This document shows positions 59,001 to 62,744 of a stretch of 62,744 bases of DNA, in pieces; within the stretch, counting starts at the first letter, position 1, and every line of letters starts with the position of its first letter. A program made the translations under genes and the position numbers. The stretch is from Chthoniobacterales bacterium (lineage in GTDB: Bacteria > Verrucomicrobiota > Verrucomicrobiia > Chthoniobacterales > UBA6821). The notes under the pieces are model-generated. The model ran no database searches and was not told the origin of the DNA. It saw nothing but the letters and a program-made list of their open reading frames with translations. The stretch is from the NCBI GenBank assembly GCA_026461395.1, contig JAPJNA010000046.1, positions 1 to 62,744 of the forward strand, given 5' to 3'.

Positions 59001-60338
59001 CTAAATGAAAGGTAGCAGCGGATACTTTTTCCCGAGGACCATTTCGCTGGGAGCTCCGAGCCATTTCTCGAGAGCTGTGGCGTAGACGGAACGGAAGTCC
59101 GTGCTGAACTTGAGATCGCCATCATGAAGATCGGTCAGACTTGGATAGTTACCGTAAAGTCCGGGCTTCACCCCTCCACCCATCACAAAAAGCGGAGCCG
59201 CAGCACCGTGATCCGTTCCTCCGCTGGCATTCTCGGAGACACGGCGTCCGAACTCGCTGAAGGAAATCATCAGAACACGGTTAAAATTCCCCTGGGCCTT
59301 CAGATCTTGTGCAAAGGCTGATGTCGCCATGCTCAGATCGTTCATAAGACGCTCATGGGAGGGCAACTGGTTCGCATGTGTGTCGAACCCTCCCTGTGAA
59401 ACGTAATAGACGCGCGTTGGCAATCCTCCGGCAATCAGGCGACCGACGAGATTGAGACTGTTCCCGAGCTGTGACTGTGGGTAGTTAACCGAGCTCTTGG
59501 TCTTCCGAGTGATCGCAAGAATTTTGTCACTGCTCATCTGCGCACCAAGAGCTGTTCTCTGAAGAAACTCCACCGTGCTTCCATCATTATCGGAGGGACC
59601 GGAGATCATACCGATGGAACCTCCCGAATTCTCACTCAGGGAACTGTGTCCCGCATCGGAAGGTTGGTTCATCTGCCTCATGAACATATCGGCCGAGGCA
59701 GGGTCGCTGGCAGCGTCGCTCATGTAGCGGAACTGCTCCGGATTGCTGAATGCCACCCCCTTGGGGATCTGAGAAGCAAAGGACTGGGGGGTCTGGCCGC
59801 CAATGGCTACTCCCAACGTGGATGGGTCGGAACCCTGGCAGCAGTTATCAAAATATTTTCCAAGCCATCCTTCAGACTCGTTCTTGTCTGCATCACTTCC
59901 TGTCTGCCAGATCTCGGTCGATCGGAAGTGCGAGCGATTGGGATTCGGATACCCAACCCCTTGTACCATACCAAGGCATCCTTGGGCATAGAGATCATGA
60001 AGGCCTGTCAGCTTCGGGTGGAGACCTGCATAGTCGCTGATCCTGAGGACACCCGTCTTTGGGATAGCGATCTTGGGGCGAGCCTTGTAGTAGGCGTCAT
60101 CTCCGTAGGGAACGAGTGTATTCATCCCGTCGTTGCCACCTGCCAGTTGGAGCACGATCAGGATAGTGCCATCCTTACCCGTCGTGATCTGTCCCGTAGT
60201 GGCGGCTGCCATGGTGTCGAGACAGAGAAAGGTCTTCTCAAGAAAGAGAGGAACTGTATAGGCCAGTGCACCTCCTAGAACCGATGTCCTGAGAAAGTCA
60301 CGCCGAGTATGGAGAGGTTGGTCTTTGGGGGATTTCAT
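59001..60338 (-). CDS. DUF1501 domain protein (Tat-exported)
   Basis: TRRDFL, LAGGNDGMNT, NRSHFRS, GGFDTH, SEFGRR, GTDHG. Confidence 0.9.
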   Translation of the reverse strand: MKSPKDQPLHTRRDFLRTSVLGGALAYTVPLFLEKTFLCLDTMAAATTGQITTGKDGTILIVLQLAGGNDGMNTLVPYGDDAYYKARPKIAIPKTGVLRISDYAGLHPKLTGLHDLYAQGCLGMVQGVGYPNPNRSHFRSTEIWQTGSDADKNESEGWLGKYFDNCCQGSDPSTLGVAIGGQTPQSFASQIPKGVAFSNPEQFRYMSDAASDPASADMFMRQMNQPSDAGHSSLSENSGGSIGMISGPSDNDGSTVEFLQRTALGAQMSSDKILAITRKTKSSVNYPQSQLGNSLNLVGRLIAGGLPTRVYYVSQGGFDTHANQLPSHERLMNDLSMATSAFAQDLKAQGNFNRVLMISFSEFGRRVSENASGGTDHGAAAPLFVMGGGVKPGLYGNYPSLTDLHDGDLKFSTDFRSVYATALEKWLGAPSEMVLGKKYPLLPFI

Positions 60339-60347
60339 GGGATGGAG

Positions 60348-60502
60348 GGATGAAAGGTGAAACCTGAAACCTGAAGAATATGAAGGGTGTTACTGGATCG
60401 AATTCACTCGGCGTATCAACATGGCACACAATATTAGATAATCTGATAAAAACTCACTTGAATTCATAAGTCCGGACTTTATTTCAGCTTTCATCCTTTT
60501 CA
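60348..60502. repeat. Paired inverted heptamer arrays (nnTGAAn family)
   Basis: GGATGAA AGGTGAA ACCTGAA ACCTGAA ... TTTCAGC TTTCATC CTTTTCA. Confidence 0.7.
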
Positions 60503-60503
60503 C

Positions 60504-61931
60504 TTATGTCAATTGGTAGTCGGGGGTGCTCATCATGATCTGCATGAGATCACGAATGATGTTATCAGAATAAGGTGTAGTGTGTTTTTCCAGATAGGTC
60601 AGATAGGTGGCGCGATCCTTCGGAGGGAGCGGGTAGTTGAACACCCGAAATGCCAGTTCATCCAGAAGCTGGTCGGAGCTCCCCCGGAGGCTTAAAGGAG
60701 CGATTCTTTCCAGAGGAATCACCGCGGTCTTGGTATTGCCGCCACCTAGGATACGAGCCCTTCCGCTGAGCAGATAGGCGGCCAGATTATATCGGTAGAG
60801 AAGGCTGGAGGCGCTGATCCATGATCGTCCTCCGTCCCAGCCCTTAACGTTCGGAGGGGCGAAAACAACCTGACCCAGCACGGAGAGGGAATTTTCCAGC
60901 ACTCGCTCATCCGGAAGAGGGATCTCCAGCATCTTGGTTGTCTGCATGATCCATTGCACTGGACTCTTGATCTGGTGATGGACGACCTTCGGCGAATAGA
61001 AGACAGAACTGCTGAAAATCTTTTGCAGGGTTGCCCCGATATCATAACCGTTGGAGAGCAGGAGTTCTGCCACGGCGCTGAGGGTCTCTTCAGGAGGATT
61101 CTCAGCCACGAAAAAGACCCAGAGTTTTTTGCCAATGAATCGAGCGCACTGGGGTTGAGCCACGATCGCGTCGATGATGTCATCACCTGATAAGTTTCCC
61201 GTCTTGTCAAAAAACGTCTTCGTGCCGGGATCAAAATCCCTTTCTTGAAAGTGAAACTGACCGGTCTCGTAATTGATGCGGTATCCGGTGAAGGCACGGG
61301 CTGATTCCCGGATATCCCTCTCTGTGTAATGACCCTCACCCAAGGAGAAGAGTTCCATGATCTCACGGGCAAAGTTCTCATTGGGATTATCTTTGCGACT
61401 CTGACCGAGATCGAGCCACCGAATCATAGCCGGATCGCGTGATATAGCCTTAAGCATGTCGGGAAACTTCCCAAGGGCGTAACGGCGAAGAGTATCGTTC
61501 TGCTGCCACATCAGGTAGGGATCATTCACCTTCTGATTGCTGGTGGCGAAGTGACCGTGCCAGAAGAGGGTGGCCTTTTCCTGCAAGGGGGCGGATGTGT
61601 AGCGCATCCTGTTCAGCCACCAGAGACGAAGATCAAGCATCGAGGCAGATTCGGCCTTATTAAGCTCCTTCCTGATCATCTGGCGGTCTTGCTCTGTCAG
61701 TGCAGCTTTTTCACGCTGCTTGAACTCGAACCGTTGATCAGGCATGAGCAACTCAGGTCTAGGAAACAGATCACTGTCATCATCAGCCTGGATAAAGGAG
61801 GCCACAGCCTTTTCCGGACCCATTCTGACTACTATATCTATCTCCGAAGGAGTGCCTCCAAATCCCGCCCTATCGAGCAGATGGGCGGCAAGTTTTCGGC
61901 CCCAGAGCTTTTCGGGAAACGGGGAGAACAT
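60504..61931 (-). CDS. DUF1800 domain protein
   Basis: HLLDRAGFG, FWHGHFATS, NENFAREIMELF, PPNVKGW; usual partner of DUF1501. Confidence 0.9.
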   Translation of the reverse strand: MFSPFPEKLWGRKLAAHLLDRAGFGGTPSEIDIVVRMGPEKAVASFIQADDDSDLFPRPELLMPDQRFEFKQREKAALTEQDRQMIRKELNKAESASMLDLRLWWLNRMRYTSAPLQEKATLFWHGHFATSNQKVNDPYLMWQQNDTLRRYALGKFPDMLKAISRDPAMIRWLDLGQSRKDNPNENFAREIMELFSLGEGHYTERDIRESARAFTGYRINYETGQFHFQERDFDPGTKTFFDKTGNLSGDDIIDAIVAQPQCARFIGKKLWVFFVAENPPEETLSAVAELLLSNGYDIGATLQKIFSSSVFYSPKVVHHQIKSPVQWIMQTTKMLEIPLPDERVLENSLSVLGQVVFAPPNVKGWDGGRSWISASSLLYRYNLAAYLLSGRARILGGGNTKTAVIPLERIAPLSLRGSSDQLLDELAFRVFNYPLPPKDRATYLTYLEKHTTPYSDNIIRDLMQIMMSTPDYQLT

Positions 61932-62071
61932 TACTAACTAGAACACCATTTCCTATGAAAGGTTGCAGTATGATTTGAGGTTTTTAAGATTTCCCTGAGA
62001 TCATCACTAAGGCGGGCAGAGGCGAAATTGCCCTCGCGGGTTCTTATACCGTTCTCATAGACTCCTCGAAC

Positions 62072-62744
62072 ATGCGTTTTACGAATCTGACGAGGAGTGC
62101 CGGGATCGGTTCCAACTGTTATCGCCTCGACCTTCCGGAGGGTTCCGTGATTCTCGACTGCGGCATGGATCCCGAGCAGGTGGGCCATGACGCGACTCCA
62201 ATCCTGGAGGAGGTGGAGAATGGATCGATTCGCTCCACGATCCTCACCCATGCCCATCAGGACCATGTAGGTTGCCTTCCCCTACTTCAGTCCCGCCAGC
62301 CTGGAATGCCAGTTCTCATGACCCTGGGAACCTCCAGAATCGCCGATGTCATGCTCCACAACTCGGTCAACGTCATGAACCGTCAGCAGGAGGAACTGAA
62401 ACTTGTCGACTATCCCCTCTTCAGTCACCGAGCCATTGAAATGGCTTCGCGTATGTGGCGTCACTGCGCGCTCGAGCGCCCACTCTCGCTGGATGGTGAT
62501 CGCATCGCGGGAGAGACTGACTCGACAACAGTCACCTTCCATGATGCGGGACATATCCTAGGCTCCACCGGCGTGATGATCCGATCGGAGGGTAAGAAGT
62601 TTTTCTATACGGGAGACGTGAACTTTGAGGACCAGACCATCCAGACAGGAGCCCGTTTCCCCGAGGAACCGGTCGACGTCCTGCTCATGGAGACGACCCG
62701 GGGAAATGCCCCTGTTCCTGAAGGTTTCACAAGAGCCAAAGAAG
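62072..62744 (+). CDS. MBL-fold beta-CASP family hydrolase (5' part; runs off the window)
   Basis: Translated by hand: MRFTNLTRSAGIGSNCY...ILDCGM...THAHQDHVG...AGHILGS...YTGD; absent from the ORF track because no stop codon is in the window. Confidence 0.88.
   Translation, partial: MRFTNLTRSAGIGSNCYRLDLPEGSVILDCGMDPEQVGHDATPILEEVENGSIRSTILTHAHQDHVGCLPLLQSRQPGMPVLMTLGTSRIADVMLHNSVNVMNRQQEELKLVDYPLFSHRAIEMASRMWRHCALERPLSLDGDRIAGETDSTTVTFHDAGHILGSTGVMIRSEGKKFFYTGDVNFEDQTIQTGARFPEEPVDVLLMETTRGNAPVPEGFTRAKE

Overview
Bacterial chromosomal segment. A Verrucomicrobiota-like origin is an inference from gene content and protein style. Core genes include dnaG-rpoD, hemW, cydAB, tRNA-Leu(TAA), obgE, glgA, fabG, rlmN and rpsA. 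An accessory-looking block follows the tRNA (about 16.3-36.9 kb). It carries a candidate synthase-dependent exopolysaccharide locus (epimerase, YaiO-type beta-barrel, HEAT protein, processive GT2, UDP-sugar dehydrogenase, GH16) next to four c-di-GMP enzymes. The most striking unexplained structure is a set of dispersed intergenic elements built from paired, inverted, short-period tandem-repeat arms. One copy brackets a GxxExxY (PD-(D/E)XK-like nuclease) gene with 26-bp inverted repeats. Several gene-less copies with co-varying arms, and other arm families including one nested insertion, sit just after stop codons across the window. This suggests a REPIN/MITE-like system whose candidate mobiliser is a GxxExxY nuclease. 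Other notable pairs are a polyprenol-phosphomannose synthase with a DUF2723/TMEM260-like protein, and an active Deg protease with a catalytically dead paralog. All calls come from reading motifs; no searches were run.
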